From Saccostrea cucullata (Eukaryota): DNA of 64,000 nt. The stretch is taken from contig NW_026921972.1 in the NCBI RefSeq assembly GCF_032062105.1, forward strand, positions 124,001 through 188,000. The letters are read 5' to 3'. Shown here piece by piece: positions 63,951-64,000 of the stretch (the first letter of the stretch is position 1; every line of letters starts with the position of its first letter). The notes below the pieces were generated by a model, which was given only the letters and a program-made list of their open reading frames with translations, was not told the origin of the DNA and ran no database searches. Both the position numbers and the translations under genes were made by a program.

Positions 63951-64000
63951 ACATGTACGTTTCATTTAATGTCCTCTTTATTTCTTTTATACTTATAGCA

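Overview
AT-rich eukaryotic genomic DNA with spliceosomal GT-AG introns. The repeat content (HINEs with ~160-bp satellite-like monomers, Naiad Penelope-like elements) suggests a bivalve, probably an oyster; this is inference. Host genes: an SLC16/MCT monocarboxylate-transporter cluster (three multi-exon genes on the minus strand, plus exon 1 of a fourth on the plus strand at the window end); two tandem VHL paralogues (one intact, one apparently lacking a functional alpha domain); and two tandem single-coding-exon paralogues of an uncharacterised protein (17051-17671, 23446-24111). These two proteins look like circularly permuted GIY-YIG-like domains with a C-terminal membrane anchor and are the best candidate for undescribed biology. 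The rest is layered transposon debris: about 7 Naiad fragments sharing a foldable 3' motif; a Tx1/L1 LINE with a target-site duplication (TSD) and structured 3'UTR; an RTE fragment; a tRNA-derived SINE; HINEs; three TAY..RTA/6-bp-TSD (IS3EU-like) elements; TA-TSD MITEs; a Crypton-like palindrome; and a young Ngaro-type tyrosine-recombinase (YR) retrotransposon nested in one of two tandem copies of an older Ngaro-like element. All calls were made by eye, without database searches.
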